Of a stretch of DNA of 32,000 nucleotides, positions 10,769 to 19,131 are shown one piece after another. How positions within the stretch are numbered: position 1 is the first letter of the stretch; every line of letters begins with the position of its first letter. A program made the position numbers and the translations under genes. The notes beneath the pieces are model-generated. The model was not told the DNA's origin. It saw nothing but the letters and a program-made list of their open reading frames with translations, and ran no database searches. The DNA comes from Acidothermus cellulolyticus 11B (GTDB lineage: Bacteria > Actinomycetota > Actinomycetes > Acidothermales > Acidothermaceae), in contig NC_008578.1 of NCBI RefSeq assembly GCF_000015025.1, positions 1,440,001 to 1,472,000 of the forward strand, written 5' to 3'.

Positions 10769-12051
10769 GCCGGCTTCCCGTCGAGGACTGTCGGGGTGCC
10801 GTGAAGGAACGTGTGGACGACGCGCACCGGTAACTCCTTTCCGAGAAATGGGGTGTTGCGCGATTTGGACACGAGGACCGACGGCTCGACGACCCACCGG
10901 GCCGTGGGGTCGATGAGGGTGAGGTTGGCGGGTGAGCCGACAGCGATGGGCCGGCCGTGGGTGGTGAGCCGCCCGATCCGGGCGGGCCGGATCGACATCC
11001 GGTCCGCGACTCCGGCCCAATCGAGCAGGCCGGTCTCGACCATCGCCAGTGCGACGACAGAGAGCGCGGTCTGCAGCCCGATCATCCCGGGTGCGGCCGC
11101 CGCCCATTCGCATTCCTTGGCTTCCACCGGGTGGGGGGCGTGATCGGTGGCGACCGCGTCGATCGTGCCGTCGGCAAGCCCGGCGCGCAGGGCGGCGACG
11201 TCCGCCGCGGTCCGCAGCGGCGGGTTCACCTTAAACACCGGGTCGTAGCTCACCGCGAGATCGTCGGTGAGCAGGAGGTGATGCGGGGTGACCTCCGCGG
11301 TGACGGCGATCCCGCGGGCCTTGGCCCACCGGATCAGTTCCACCGACCCGGCGGTGGAGACGTGGCAGATGTGGACGCGCGAACCGACGTGGCCGGCGAG
11401 GAGCACGTCCCGGGCAATGATCGACTCTTCGGCTGCAGCCGGCCAGCCGGCCAACCCGAGCCGGGCCGACACCTCCCCTTCATTCAGCTGAGCGTCCTCG
11501 GTCAACCGAGGCTCCTGCGCATGCTGGGCGATGACGCCGTCAAACGCCTTGACGTACTCCAGGGCTCGGCGCATGAGCAGAGGGTCGGCGACGCACCTGC
11601 CGTCGTCGGAGAAGACCCGGACCCGGGCGTGCGAGTCCGCCATCGCACCGAGCTCGGCGAGCCGCTCGCCGGCGAGGCCCACCGTCACCGCACCGACCGG
11701 AGCGACGTCGCAGTGCCCGGCCTCATGGCCGGCGAGCCACACCTGCTCAACGACACCGGCGGTGTCGGCGACCGGATCGGTGTTGGCCATCGCATGGACA
11801 GCGGTGAAACCGCCGAGGGCGGCAGCCAGCGTGCCGGACTCGATCGTCTCGGCGTCTTCCCGTCCCGGCTCCCGCAGATGCGTGTGCAGATCAACGAGAC
11901 CAGGCAGGACGACGAGCCCGCCGGCGTCGACGATCTCGGCACCAGCGGCGGTCAGCCCGGCACCGATCTCGGCAATCGAGTCACCGGCAATCAGGATGTC
12001 CGCCGGGTCACCACCGAGGATTCGCCCGCCGCGCAGCAGCCACCGGTTCAC
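10765..12051 (-). CDS. pyrC: Dihydroorotase
   Basis: 428-aa ORF with the metal-binding [11 protein letters not shown] motif and DHAPH near the C-terminal half. 4-nt overlaps on both sides. Confidence 0.95.
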   Translation of the reverse strand: MNRWLLRGGRILGGDPADILIAGDSIAEIGAGLTAAGAEIVDAGGLVVLPGLVDLHTHLREPGREDAETIESGTLAAALGGFTAVHAMANTDPVADTAGVVEQVWLAGHEAGHCDVAPVGAVTVGLAGERLAELGAMADSHARVRVFSDDGRCVADPLLMRRALEYVKAFDGVIAQHAQEPRLTEDAQLNEGEVSARLGLAGWPAAAEESIIARDVLLAGHVGSRVHICHVSTAGSVELIRWAKARGIAVTAEVTPHHLLLTDDLAVSYDPVFKVNPPLRTAADVAALRAGLADGTIDAVATDHAPHPVEAKECEWAAAAPGMIGLQTALSVVALAMVETGLLDWAGVADRMSIRPARIGRLTTHGRPIAVGSPANLTLIDPTARWVVEPSVLVSKSRNTPFLGKELPVRVVHTFLHGTPTVLDGKPA

Positions 12052-13019
12052 CAGCCACCCCCGATCGCGGCCGCGGCCGGTTCGGCCGCCCGTCCGGCCA
12101 GCGCGGGCTCACCCCCGCCAAGGAGGAGGTAGAGCACGGCCATCCGCACGACGACCCCGTTGGCGACTTGCTCGACCACCACCGACCGTGGCGAATCCGC
12201 GACTTCTGCGGCGATCTCGACGCCCCGGTTCATCGGTCCCGGGTGGAGCACGATCGCGTGCTCCGGCAGCAGCGCGAGGCGGGCGGCGTCCAGCCCATAC
12301 CGGCGGCTGTACTCCCGCGAGGTGGGGAAGAAGGCCGCCTGCATCCGCTCCCGCTGTACCCGGAGCAGCATGACGGCGTCGCACTTCGGCAGTACGCCGT
12401 CCAGCTCATACGAGACCGCGCACGGCCAGCTCTCCACGCCGACCGGGAGCAGGGTCGGCGGCGCGACGAGGGTGACCTCCGCCCCGAGGGTGTGCAGCAA
12501 CGTGACGTTCGACCGCGCGACCCGGCTGTGCAGGATGTCGCCGACGATCGCCACCCGGCGCCCATCCACACCGCCGAGATGCCGTCGGATCGTGTACGCG
12601 TCGAGGAGCGCCTGGGTGGGATGCTCGTGGGTGCCGTCACCCGCATTGATCACCGAGCCGCGGACCCAGCCGGCAAGGCGATGGGGGGCACCGCTGGCCC
12701 AATGGCGAATGACGACCGCGTCGGTACCCATCGCTTCGAGGGTGAGCGCCGTGTCCTTGAGACTCTCGCCCTTGGAGACGCTCGACCCCTTCGCGGAGAA
12801 GTTGATCACGTCAGCGGAGAGCCGCTTGGCGGCGGCTTCGAACGAGGTCCGGGTCCGGGTGGAATCTTCGTAGAACAGGTTGACGATCGTCCGTCCCCGC
12901 AGGGTCGGCAGCTTCTTGATCGGCCGGTCGGCCAGCCGCGCCAGTTCCGCCGCGGTGTCCAGGATGAGCAGCGCGTCGTCGCGGGTCAGGTCGCCAGCCG
13001 AGAGCAGGTGCCGCATCAT
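12048..13019 (-). CDS. pyrB: Aspartate carbamoyltransferase catalytic subunit
   Basis: 323-aa ORF with [19 protein letters not shown] and HPGP motifs. Confidence 0.96.
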   Translation of the reverse strand: MMRHLLSAGDLTRDDALLILDTAAELARLADRPIKKLPTLRGRTIVNLFYEDSTRTRTSFEAAAKRLSADVINFSAKGSSVSKGESLKDTALTLEAMGTDAVVIRHWASGAPHRLAGWVRGSVINAGDGTHEHPTQALLDAYTIRRHLGGVDGRRVAIVGDILHSRVARSNVTLLHTLGAEVTLVAPPTLLPVGVESWPCAVSYELDGVLPKCDAVMLLRVQRERMQAAFFPTSREYSRRYGLDAARLALLPEHAIVLHPGPMNRGVEIAAEVADSPRSVVVEQVANGVVVRMAVLYLLLGGGEPALAGRAAEPAAAAIGGGW

Positions 13020-13696
13020 CGGGCACCTCTGTGAACCGCCGGCACCCCCGGGTCGTACTGCGGCGGATGGCTGGGATCACCCGTGCCGGCCGCGCGGGTC
13101 CGGTCGGCAGGCCCGACGAAGACGCCGTCCACGCCGTCGATCTCGGTGAGGCGCACCGCGACCTGCTCGGCCCGGGACGTCGGCAGGTTCTTTCCGACGT
13201 AATCCGCCTTGATGGGCAGTTCCCGGTGGCCGCGATCCACCAGGACGGCCAGCTGGACCGCCCGTGGCCGGCCAACCTCGTGCAGCGCGTCGAGTGCGGC
13301 CCGGATCGTCCGGCCGGAGAAGAGCACGTCGTCGACGAGGACGACGAGAGCGCCGTCCACGCCGGACGCCGGGATGTCGGTGCGGCCAAGCGTCCGAGCC
13401 GGGCGAAGGCGCAGGTCGTCGCGGTACATGGTCACGTCGAGGGAGCCGACCGGGATCGGCCGGGATTCGACATGGCTCATCCGTTCGGCGAGCCGGTTGG
13501 CGAGCGGCACGCCGCGGGTCGGAATGCCAAGGAGCACGACGTCGTGCCCGCCTCTGGTGCGTTCCAGAATTTCGTGCGCGATCCGGGTCAGCGCCCGTCC
13601 AATGTCGGCGGCATCGAGAACAGACCGAAAGCCACGGTCCAAAAGATCAGCAGGAATAGGAGGAGCAGCAGAATCGTCGATGCGCGCGCGTACCAC
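13016..13696 (-). CDS. pyrR: Bifunctional pyrimidine operon regulator / uracil phosphoribosyltransferase
   Basis: 226-aa ORF with a GTG start and the PRPP-binding motif [13 protein letters not shown]. First gene of the operon, preceded by a PyrR-type RNA loop. It has a C-terminal tail of about 30 aa that overlaps the pyrB start. Confidence 0.93.
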   Translation of the reverse strand: MVRARIDDSAAPPIPADLLDRGFRSVLDAADIGRALTRIAHEILERTRGGHDVVLLGIPTRGVPLANRLAERMSHVESRPIPVGSLDVTMYRDDLRLRPARTLGRTDIPASGVDGALVVLVDDVLFSGRTIRAALDALHEVGRPRAVQLAVLVDRGHRELPIKADYVGKNLPTSRAEQVAVRLTEIDGVDGVFVGPADRTRAAGTGDPSHPPQYDPGVPAVHRGAR

Positions 13697-13702
13697 GAGC
13701 GA

Positions 13703-13737
13703 CCTCCTTCCCCGCCTCGCTGGACGGGCCTTAAAGG
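13703..13737 (-). promoter_or_regulatory. PyrR-binding RNA stem-loop overlapping the pyrR ribosome-binding site
   Basis: Leader RNA (minus strand): AUCCUUUAAGGCCCGUCCAGCGAGGCGGGGAAGGAGGUCGCUC-GUG. GUCCAGCGAGGC (rc of 13714-13725) differs by one base from the PyrR loop consensus UCCAGAGAGG. CCCG/CGGG closes the loop, and UCCUU can pair with AAGGA of the Shine-Dalgarno. Confidence 0.7.
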
Positions 13738-13753
13738 ATGTCGGTTTCGGCTA

Positions 13754-13780
13754 ACCATAGCAGAGACGGCCCTCGGTCAA
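13754..13780 (-). promoter_or_regulatory. Candidate pyr operon promoter (TTGACC-N15-TATGGT)
   Basis: The minus strand reads TTGACC (rc of 13775-13780) and TATGGT (rc of 13754-13759). The spacer is only 15 nt (16 if the -35 is read as ATTGAC). This would give a leader of about 50 nt carrying the PyrR loop. Pattern match only. Confidence 0.4.
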
Positions 13781-13795
13781 TGAACCCGACCCGGC

Positions 13796-13864
13796 GACGG
13801 CCAATTCCGCCGACCGGAGACGGCCAATTCCGCCAACCGGAGACGGCCAATTCCGCCAACCGGA
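13796..13864. repeat. Perfect head-to-tail tandem repeat, 3 x 23 bp (GACGGCCAATTCCGCCRACCGGA)
   Basis: Units at 13796-13818, 13819-13841 and 13842-13864. Units 2 and 3 are identical and unit 1 differs at one position (G instead of A at 13812). The array lies in the divergent pyrR-bldD intergenic region, 16 nt upstream of the candidate pyrR -35. Confidence 0.95.
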
Positions 13865-13952
13865 GCAGTCCGGATTACTCCGCCCAGCCGATCCGTAATT
13901 AGGCCGATTGCACCCGATTGATGGCCATCCGGGTAGGGATCGGCGATTCTGC

Positions 13953-13981
13953 TTGACGCGCGAAAATCGTCGGCCTACCGT
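13953..13981 (+). promoter_or_regulatory. Candidate bldD promoter (TTGACG-N17-TACCGT)
   Basis: TTGACG at 13953-13958, a 17-nt spacer, and TACCGT at 13976-13981 (TANNNT). It is followed immediately by a BldD-box match. It implies a leader of about 160 nt, so an additional proximal promoter cannot be excluded. Confidence 0.45.
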
Positions 13982-13993
13982 CACACTGCGTAA
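13981..13993. promoter_or_regulatory. BldD box (TNAC-N5-GTNA palindrome) overlapping the bldD -10/+1 region
   Basis: TCACACTGCGTAA fits TNAC-N5-GTNA, and the inner positions fit nC(A/T)Gn. My rough composition-corrected expectation for the extended pattern is about 0.1 per 32 kb. The location upstream of bldD matches the known autoregulation in Streptomyces. Confidence 0.65.
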
Positions 13994-14146
13994 CGAGCGC
14001 GGCTGGGACCTCGGGTGATCGCGCGGTCACCATGCCTGGGCCTGCCCGGCCCAGGCGTCATCCGGGGTCGCCTCGACCGGGTTCGGCCCGGGGAAGCCAA
14101 TGGTGAGACCGGCGTTCGGCCAGGTTCGCACGGGAGTGAGGTTGCC

Positions 14147-14638
14147 GTGAACGACTACGCGAAGGCGCTTGGCGCCCGACTCCGCGCCATCCGCACCCAG
14201 CAGGGGCTCTCCCTCCACGCTGTCGAAGAGAAATCCCAAGGCAAGTGGAAGGCCGTCGTCGTCGGCTCGTACGAGCGGGGTGATCGAGCGGTCACCGTCC
14301 AGCGGCTCGCCGAGCTGGCCGAGTTCTACGGTGTTCCCGTCGCTGAGCTCCTCCCGGACGCCGAACCCAGCGGTGCCGCCGAACCGCCGCCGCGGCTGGT
14401 CATCGATCTGGAACGGCTGGCGGTCGTCCCGCCGGAGAAGTCCAGGCCGTTGGCCCGCTACGCACGGACCATCCAAGCGCAGCGCGGTGACTATAACGGA
14501 CGGGTGCTCTCGATCCGCCAGGACGATCTCCGCTCGCTGGCAGTGATCTACGATGCGTCACCGAGCTCGTTGACCGAAGAGTTGATCTCCTGGGGTGTGC
14601 TCAATCCGGAGGCTCGCCGGGCGGTGGACTCGCTGTAA
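14147..14638 (+). CDS. bldD: Developmental master regulator BldD (XRE-type HTH plus c-di-GMP-binding C-terminal domain)
   Basis: Near-identity over long stretches to S. coelicolor BldD as I remember it (LRAIRTQQGLSLHAVEEKSQGKWKAVVVGSYERGDRAVTVQRLAELAEFYGVPV...). RGD-X8-RQDD is present. Start set to GTG 14147, with a GGGAGTGAGG Shine-Dalgarno just upstream, rather than the ORF-track 14015. Confidence 0.93.
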   Translation: MNDYAKALGARLRAIRTQQGLSLHAVEEKSQGKWKAVVVGSYERGDRAVTVQRLAELAEFYGVPVAELLPDAEPSGAAEPPPRLVIDLERLAVVPPEKSRPLARYARTIQAQRGDYNGRVLSIRQDDLRSLAVIYDASPSSLTEELISWGVLNPEARRAVDSL

Positions 14639-15038
14639 CCGTCGCCTGGTTCGCCCGTACAGCGGCGAGTACGCCGTTGACGAACGGCGCCGACTCGGCC
14701 GTTGAGAGGTCCTGGGCCAGCTTCACCGCCTCGGCCAGCACAACGGCGTCCGGAACCTCGGTGACCCAGAGCAGCTCGTAGATCGCGAGCCGGAGGATGT
14801 TGCGGTCGACCGTGGGCATCCGCTGCAGGGTCCAGCCGACCGCGAACTGTTCGATGATCCGATCGATCTCGGCTCGATGCGCTGCGACTCCTTCGACCAA
14901 CCGAACCGCGTACTCCGGGACTGGCGTGTCAGCCCGGGCCGTGTGATCAGCAAGGATCTCGAGCGGATCGGCGGCACGTAGGTCAGCTTCGAAGAGCACG
15001 TCGAGGGCGCGCTTGCGGGCCTTGGTTCGCGCCGGCAT
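14601..15038 (-). CDS. nusB: Transcription antitermination factor NusB
   Basis: 145-aa ORF with ARKRALDVLFEADLR and NILRLAIYELL motifs. AAGGGA Shine-Dalgarno. The 3' end overlaps the convergent bldD 3' end by 38 nt. Confidence 0.93.
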   Translation of the reverse strand: MPARTKARKRALDVLFEADLRAADPLEILADHTARADTPVPEYAVRLVEGVAAHRAEIDRIIEQFAVGWTLQRMPTVDRNILRLAIYELLWVTEVPDAVVLAEAVKLAQDLSTAESAPFVNGVLAAVRANQATVTASPPPGEPPD

Positions 15039-15119
15039 GACGTCCCTTCGACGGACGGCGACGTGGTCGTGGGAGTGAACGAGTCTCGGGAATGAACCGG
15101 TCCCGGCAGCGGCCCGGTC

Positions 15120-15683
15120 TCAGGAGTTGGCGCGGCCGAGGTACTCGCCGGTGCGGGTATCGACCTTCACCTTCTCGCCCGTGGTGATGAAGAGCGGCAC
15201 CTGGATCTGCGCGCCGGTCTCCAGCGTCGCCGGCTTGGTCCCGCCGGTCGACCGGTCGCCCTGCACGCCCGGCTCGGTGTAGGTGATGGTGAGTTCGACG
15301 GCGGCCGGCAGCTCGACGTACAGCGGCGTGCCCTCATGCAATGCGACGACCGCCTCGGCGTTCTCCAGGAGGAAGTTCGCGGCGTCGCCGACGGTCTGTG
15401 CCGGGATGTGATATTGATCGTACGTTTCGGTGTCCATGAACACGAAACTGTCACCTTCGCGGTAGAGGTACTGCATGGTCCGCTTGTCGACCGTTGCAAC
15501 GTCGACTTTCACCCCGGCGTTGAAGGTCTTGTCCACCACCTTGCCGGTGAGCACGTGCTTGAGCTTGGTCCGGACGAAGGCTGGGCCCTTGCCGGGCTTG
15601 ACGTGCTGAAATTCGACGACGTTCCAGAGCTCGCCGTCCAGGTCGAGGGTCATCCCGTTCTTGAGGTCGTTGGTGGTGGCCAC
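15120..15683 (-). CDS. efp: Elongation factor P
   Basis: 187-aa ORF with a GTG start. [42 protein letters not shown] is canonical EF-P. Confidence 0.96.
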   Translation of the reverse strand: MATTNDLKNGMTLDLDGELWNVVEFQHVKPGKGPAFVRTKLKHVLTGKVVDKTFNAGVKVDVATVDKRTMQYLYREGDSFVFMDTETYDQYHIPAQTVGDAANFLLENAEAVVALHEGTPLYVELPAAVELTITYTEPGVQGDRSTGGTKPATLETGAQIQVPLFITTGEKVKVDTRTGEYLGRANS

Positions 15684-15770
15684 GTCTCCCCTTGTCCCGT
15701 CATCGAGATCACTTGCCGGCTCATCCGAGCGCGAGGTGAGTGTACCCGGCGCGGCTGCCGGCCGGCCGCA

Positions 15771-16220
15771 CTACCGGGAACCGGCGGCCAGCAGCGCCGC
15801 AATCGCCCGCAGCGCGAGCCGGTACGAGTCGAGACCAAACCCGGCGATCGTGCCGCTGGCCACGCCGGCGATCACCGAGGTGTGCCGGAACTCTTCGCGC
15901 GCCGCCGGATTCGTGAGGTGCACCTCGACGAGCGGCGCGGTGCGCATCGCCACGGCGTCCCGCAGCGCGTACGAGTAGTGGGTGAAGGCGGCGGGGTTGA
16001 GGACGACGGGCGTGCGGGTGTCGGCGGCGCCGTGCAACCAGCTGATCAGTTCTGCCTCGTCGTTGGTCTGCCGGACGTCGACGTCCAGGCCGAGCTCCGC
16101 GGCCGTCTCCTGACAGGCGCGGACGAGGTCGTCGTACGTCGCCGTCCCGTAGATCTCCGGCTCACGCACCCCGAGCCGGGAGAGGTTCGGCCCGTTGAGG
16201 ACGAGTACCCGCAGGCTCAT
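15771..16220 (-). CDS. aroQ: 3-dehydroquinate dehydratase, type II
   Basis: Trimmed to ATG 16218-16220 (149 aa), which makes an ATGA overlap with the aroB stop. MSLRVLVLNGPNLSRLGVREPEIYG...HLTNPAAREEFRH is typical. The longer ORF-track start lies inside aroB. Confidence 0.94.
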   Translation of the reverse strand: MSLRVLVLNGPNLSRLGVREPEIYGTATYDDLVRACQETAAELGLDVDVRQTNDEAELISWLHGAADTRTPVVLNPAAFTHYSYALRDAVAMRTAPLVEVHLTNPAAREEFRHTSVIAGVASGTIAGFGLDSYRLALRAIAALLAAGSR

Positions 16221-17302
16221 TCGGCTACCTCCGCGTAGGCGGCCTCCAGGACGGCCGGATCGGGATCGGCAAGGATGCGCGGCCGGCCGATCGCTTCCAG
16301 GACGACGAACCGCAGCGTGCTCCCCCGGGCCTTCTTGTCGATCGCCATCGCAGCGCGGAGTTCCGGCCAGGCTTCCTTCGGATACCGGGTCGGCAGACCG
16401 ACGGCGGACAGGATGCGCCGGTGCCGCTCGGCGGTGGCGTCGTCCAGCAGCCCAGCATGACGGGCCAGCGCAGCGGCGAACACCAGGCCGACCGCTACCG
16501 CGTCGCCGTGCCGCCACCGGTACTGCTCCCGGCGCTCGATCGCATGGCCAAGGGTGTGCCCGTAGTTCAGCACTTCCCTGCCGAGTTGGGTGCCGATCCG
16601 CTCGCGAAGGTCGGCGGCGACCACGGCCGCCTTCACCGCCACCGACCGGACGATGAGCTCTTCGGTGTGCGGGCCGGCCGGCGTCCGGGCGGCTGCCGGG
16701 TCCGCCTCGACGAGTTCGAGGATCACCGGATCGGCGATGAACCCGGTTTTAATCACTTCAGCCAGACCGGCGGCGTAGTCCGCCGGCGGCACGGTGGCCA
16801 GGAGCCCGACGTCGCAGAGCACCGCGCGGGGCGGGTGAAAGGCGCCGACGAGGTTCTTGCCGGCGTCCAGGTTGATTCCGGTCTTTCCGCCGATCGCAGC
16901 ATCGACCATCCCGGCGAGAGTGGTGGGCACCTGGACGACGTCCACCCCGCGCAGCCAGGTCGCCGCAACGAAACCGGCGAGGTCGGTCGCCGCCCCCCCG
17001 CCGACTCCGATGATCAGATCCGTGCGGGTGAAGCCGGCGGACGCCAGGCCGTCCCAGAGGTTCGCGGCCGTGGCCACGGTCTTGGCCGCCTCGCCGTCCG
17101 GCAAGGGGAAGAGCGAGACCTCACGGTTCGGGGCGGCAAGACCGGCGGCGATCCGGTCCGCCACGGACGCGACGGTCGGCTGATGGAGGACGGCGACCCG
17201 GCGGACGACGGCTGGCACCAGCGTGTCGAGCTCGGCCAGCACGCCCCGGCCGATGCGCACGTCGTACGGCGCTTCGCCACCGACCCGGACCACCTGGGTC
17301 AT
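16217..17302 (-). CDS. aroB: 3-dehydroquinate synthase
   Basis: 361-aa ORF with GGGAATDLAGFVAATWLRGV, the Zn-ligand region LNYGHTLGHAIE, and VIKTGFI. Confidence 0.95.
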   Translation of the reverse strand: MTQVVRVGGEAPYDVRIGRGVLAELDTLVPAVVRRVAVLHQPTVASVADRIAAGLAAPNREVSLFPLPDGEAAKTVATAANLWDGLASAGFTRTDLIIGVGGGAATDLAGFVAATWLRGVDVVQVPTTLAGMVDAAIGGKTGINLDAGKNLVGAFHPPRAVLCDVGLLATVPPADYAAGLAEVIKTGFIADPVILELVEADPAAARTPAGPHTEELIVRSVAVKAAVVAADLRERIGTQLGREVLNYGHTLGHAIERREQYRWRHGDAVAVGLVFAAALARHAGLLDDATAERHRRILSAVGLPTRYPKEAWPELRAAMAIDKKARGSTLRFVVLEAIGRPRILADPDPAVLEAAYAEVAE

Positions 17303-17363
17303 CGGATCACCTGCCGGCTCCCAGTCCGCCGACTGCCGGCCGATGACGTCGCCTGGTGCGCGG

Positions 17364-17882
17364 TCATCGGTTCTCCTCGCGAACCGTGATCAGTGCGGCG
17401 ATCTCGTCCGCGACCTCGTCCGGCGTCCGGCCGGTCGTGCCGACGGTGTGAGTGGCGGTCTGTTCGTACAACGGCCGGCGGGCGTCCATCAAGGCGCGGA
17501 GCTGAGCCCGCGGATTGCCGAGGAGGAGCGGACGGTCCCGATTGAGACCGACCCGCCGGACCGCCTCGCTGAACTCCACCTCGAGATAGATCACCGTGTG
17601 GTCGGCGAGCAGGGCTCGGGTATCGTCGTCCAAGATCGCACCGCCGCCGAGGGCGAGGACGCCGGTGTGGGCGGCGAGCCGGTCCGCCACGACGGCCTTC
17701 TCCAATTGCCGGAACGCCGCCTCGCCGTCGGTGAGAAAGATCTCCGCGATCCGCTTCCCCGCCCGCTGTTCGATCACGTCGTCGGTGTCCTCGAACGAGA
17801 CGGCGAGCCGGGACGCCAGGGCACGACCCACGGTGCTCTTGCCCGCCCCCGGCGGGCCGATGAGGACGACGACCGGCGGCAT
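17364..17882 (-). CDS. aroK: Shikimate kinase
   Basis: Trimmed to ATG 17880-17882 (172 aa), whose start overlaps the aroC stop by 1 nt. Walker A motif [17 protein letters not shown]. The longer ORF-track start lies inside aroC. Confidence 0.93.
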
Positions 17883-19060
17883 CAGCGGACGACGAGGGTG
17901 TCGAGGTAGGCCTGAAGGTTGCGGCGGGTTTCGACGACGTGGTCGCCGCCGAACTTCTCCAATAGAGCATCGGCCAGCACAAGTTCCACCATCGCCTCGG
18001 CCACGACGCCGGCAGCCGGTACGGCGCACACGTCGCTGCGCTGGTTGATCGCCTTGGCTGGTTCGCCGGTCGTGACGTCGATGGTGTCCAGGGCCCGCGG
18101 GACGGTCGAGATCGGTTTCATCGCGGCGCGCACCCGCAGCACCTCACCGGTGGACATCCCACCCTCTGTGCCGCCGGACCGGTTGGTCCGCCGCCGAACC
18201 CCGTCAGCGCCCGCCTCGATCTCGTCGTGCGCCGCCGAACCCCGCCGCCGTGCGGTGGCGAAGCCGTCGCCCACCTCGACCCCTTTGATGGCCTGAATGC
18301 TCATCAGCGCTGCGGCGAGCCGGGCGTCCAGCCGGCGGTCCCAGTGCACGTGGCTGCCGAGACCGGGCGGCAGTCCGTAGCCGAGGACTTCCACGACGCC
18401 GCCGAGGGTGTCGCCGTCCTTCTTCGCGGCGTCGATCTCGGCGACCATCGCCGCGCTGGCCTGCGGGTCGAGGCAGCGGACCGGGTCGGCGTCGATCCGC
18501 TCTCGGTCGGCTGGCGTCGGCAACGGTTCAGCCGGGGCGCAGACCGGGCCGATCGCGACGACGTGGCTGAGCACCTCGATCCCGGCGGCTTGGCGGAGAA
18601 ACGCGGCCGCGACCGTGCCGAGGGCGACCCGGGCGGCGGTCTCCCGGGCACTGGCGCGTTCGAGGATGGGCCGGATGTCGGTGAGGTGGTATTTCTGCAT
18701 CCCGACCAGGTCGGCGTGGCCCGGCCGGGGGCGGGTGAGCGGGGCAGCGCGGGCCAGGTCGGCGAGCTGCTCCGGCGGCACCGGATCCGCGGCCATGACC
18801 TCCCGCCACTTCGGCCACTCGGTATTGGCGATCCGGATGGCGACCGGCCCGCCCATGGTGACGCCGTGCCGGATGCCGCCAAGGAATTCGACCTCGTCGC
18901 GTTCGAAGGTCATCCGGGCGCCGCGGCCGTACCCCATCCGCCTGCGGGCGAGCGCGTCGCCGAGCACAGACGTGGTGATCTCGACCCCGGCGGGGAGTCC
19001 TTCGAGGACGGCGACGAGCGCGGGTCCGTGCGATTCACCTGCGGTCAGCCAGCGGAGCAC
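17882..19060 (-). CDS. aroC: Chorismate synthase
   Basis: The conserved N-terminus (V)[22 protein letters not shown] starts at GTG 19058-19060 (392 aa). The ORF-track ATG at 19123 adds 21 non-conserved residues that cover a 23-bp direct repeat. The Shine-Dalgarno at 19060 is weak, so the start is moderately uncertain. Confidence 0.92.
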
Positions 19061-19085
19061 GGTCGCGAGTCTCGCACATCGGCAA

Positions 19086-19131
19086 GCCGGACGCCGGCAC
19101 GGGTGCACGCCGGACGCCGGCACGGGCCACG
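19086..19131. repeat. Direct repeat, 2 x 23 bp (18-nt identical core GCCGGACGCCGGCACGGG)
   Basis: Identical 18-mers at 19086-19103 and 19109-19126, separated by 5 nt, in the 171-bp spacer between the last pilus gene and aroC. Each core contains the short palindrome GCCGG-ACG-CCGGC. Confidence 0.9.

Noticed and set aside
10769-11113. N-terminal extensions in the ORF track that reach into the upstream gene. Affected genes are carA (to 11113), carB (to 9716), gmk (to 3282), aroQ (to 16517), aroK (to 18029), aroC (to 19123), the PilP-like gene (to 20020) and the PilW-like gene (to 25751).
   Set aside because: In each case a start codon at or next to the upstream stop (ATGA or TGATG coupling, or a good Shine-Dalgarno) yields the conserved family N-terminus. 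The extra residues are Arg/Pro-rich and overlap well-supported coding sequence.
13796-13864. Possible CRISPR array.
   Set aside because: The units are directly adjacent with no spacers, there are only three copies of 23 bp, and there are no cas genes. It is a simple tandem repeat.
13920-13929. Perfect 10-bp palindromes GATGGCCATC (upstream of the bldD -35) and GGGCATGCCC (28783-28792, in the pilA1 leader), considered as operators.
   Set aside because: A perfect 10-bp palindrome is expected about once per 1 kb by chance (1 in 4^5 positions, roughly 30 per window). Without conservation data they are not evidence of function.
13751-13984. 77-aa minus-strand ORF spanning the 23-bp tandem repeat in the pyrR-bldD intergenic region.
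   Set aside because: The frame is kept open by the repeat itself. It has no Shine-Dalgarno and no recognisable motif, and it would overlap both the candidate pyrR promoter and the bldD promoter and BldD box.
14034-14056. 9-bp GC-rich hairpin in the putative bldD leader, considered as an attenuator or riboswitch.
   Set aside because: Stems of this size are expected about once per window by chance in GC-rich DNA. No flanking conserved riboswitch-like sequence was recognised. It is mentioned only as context in the BldD finding.
14027-14476. 149-aa minus-strand ORF antisense to bldD.
   Set aside because: It overlaps the strongly conserved bldD frame, and its product is Gly/Arg/Pro-rich with no motifs. 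It is a shadow ORF.
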